Source: Alphaproteobacteria bacterium
GTDB taxonomy: Bacteria > Pseudomonadota > Alphaproteobacteria > GCA-2746255
Reading direction: 5' to 3'
Assembly (NCBI GenBank): GCA_965249135.1
Contig: OZ252220.1
Location: 742,497-806,496, forward strand
Length of the DNA stretch: 64,000 nucleotides
Under the pieces are notes generated by a model that did no database searches, was not told where the DNA came from, and saw only the letters and a program-made list of their open reading frames with translations. Of this stretch, positions 62,708 through 64,000 are shown piece after piece. Both the position numbers and the translations under genes were made by a program. Positions within the stretch are counted from its first letter, which is position 1; every line of letters starts with the position of its first letter.

Positions 62708-64000
<1,293 letters not shown>

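Overview
This is a GC-rich (roughly 60% by eye) chromosomal segment of an alphaproteobacterium. The pleD-divK, EipB/DUF1849, ALA-synthase hemA, aa3 subunit IV and rpsF-rpsR-DUF2232-rplI-cfa-dnaB-alr-mlaEF-radA-cvpA-purF synteny is Rhodospirillales-like (inference). It is almost all core housekeeping genes: rnr, ctpA, rpmG, pleD/divK, aspS, rnd, hdaA, purMN, ndk, holC, pepA, lptFGD-surA-pdxA-rsmA, gmk, mltG-fabF-acpP-fabG-fabD, ribosomal proteins, dnaB, der-bamB, hemA, fieF, pdxH, fabI, aroC, tlyA-dxs-ispA-xseB and the start of an RND efflux operon. I saw no rRNA, tRNA, CRISPR array, integrase or transposase. The most interesting signals are small-scale. (1) A sensor-less GGDEF gene next to pleD-divK lies behind a clean sigma-54 promoter, FlbD-ftr-like enhancer dyads and a 19-bp tandem repeat, inside a CtrA-box-flanked cluster. 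(2) An accessory pocket at 50.6-51.7 kb holds two small unknown proteins, four phased WTWTCCCCA boxes and a multi-stem structure. (3) Three envelope genes carry single lesions: frameshifts in eipB and cfa at homopolymers and an in-frame amber in yihY. (4) purM has no canonical start codon. (5) An aryl-alcohol dehydrogenase occupies the position where yicC normally sits. (6) Three small genes are missing from the ORF track. All product calls come from motif recognition and synteny, not database searches.
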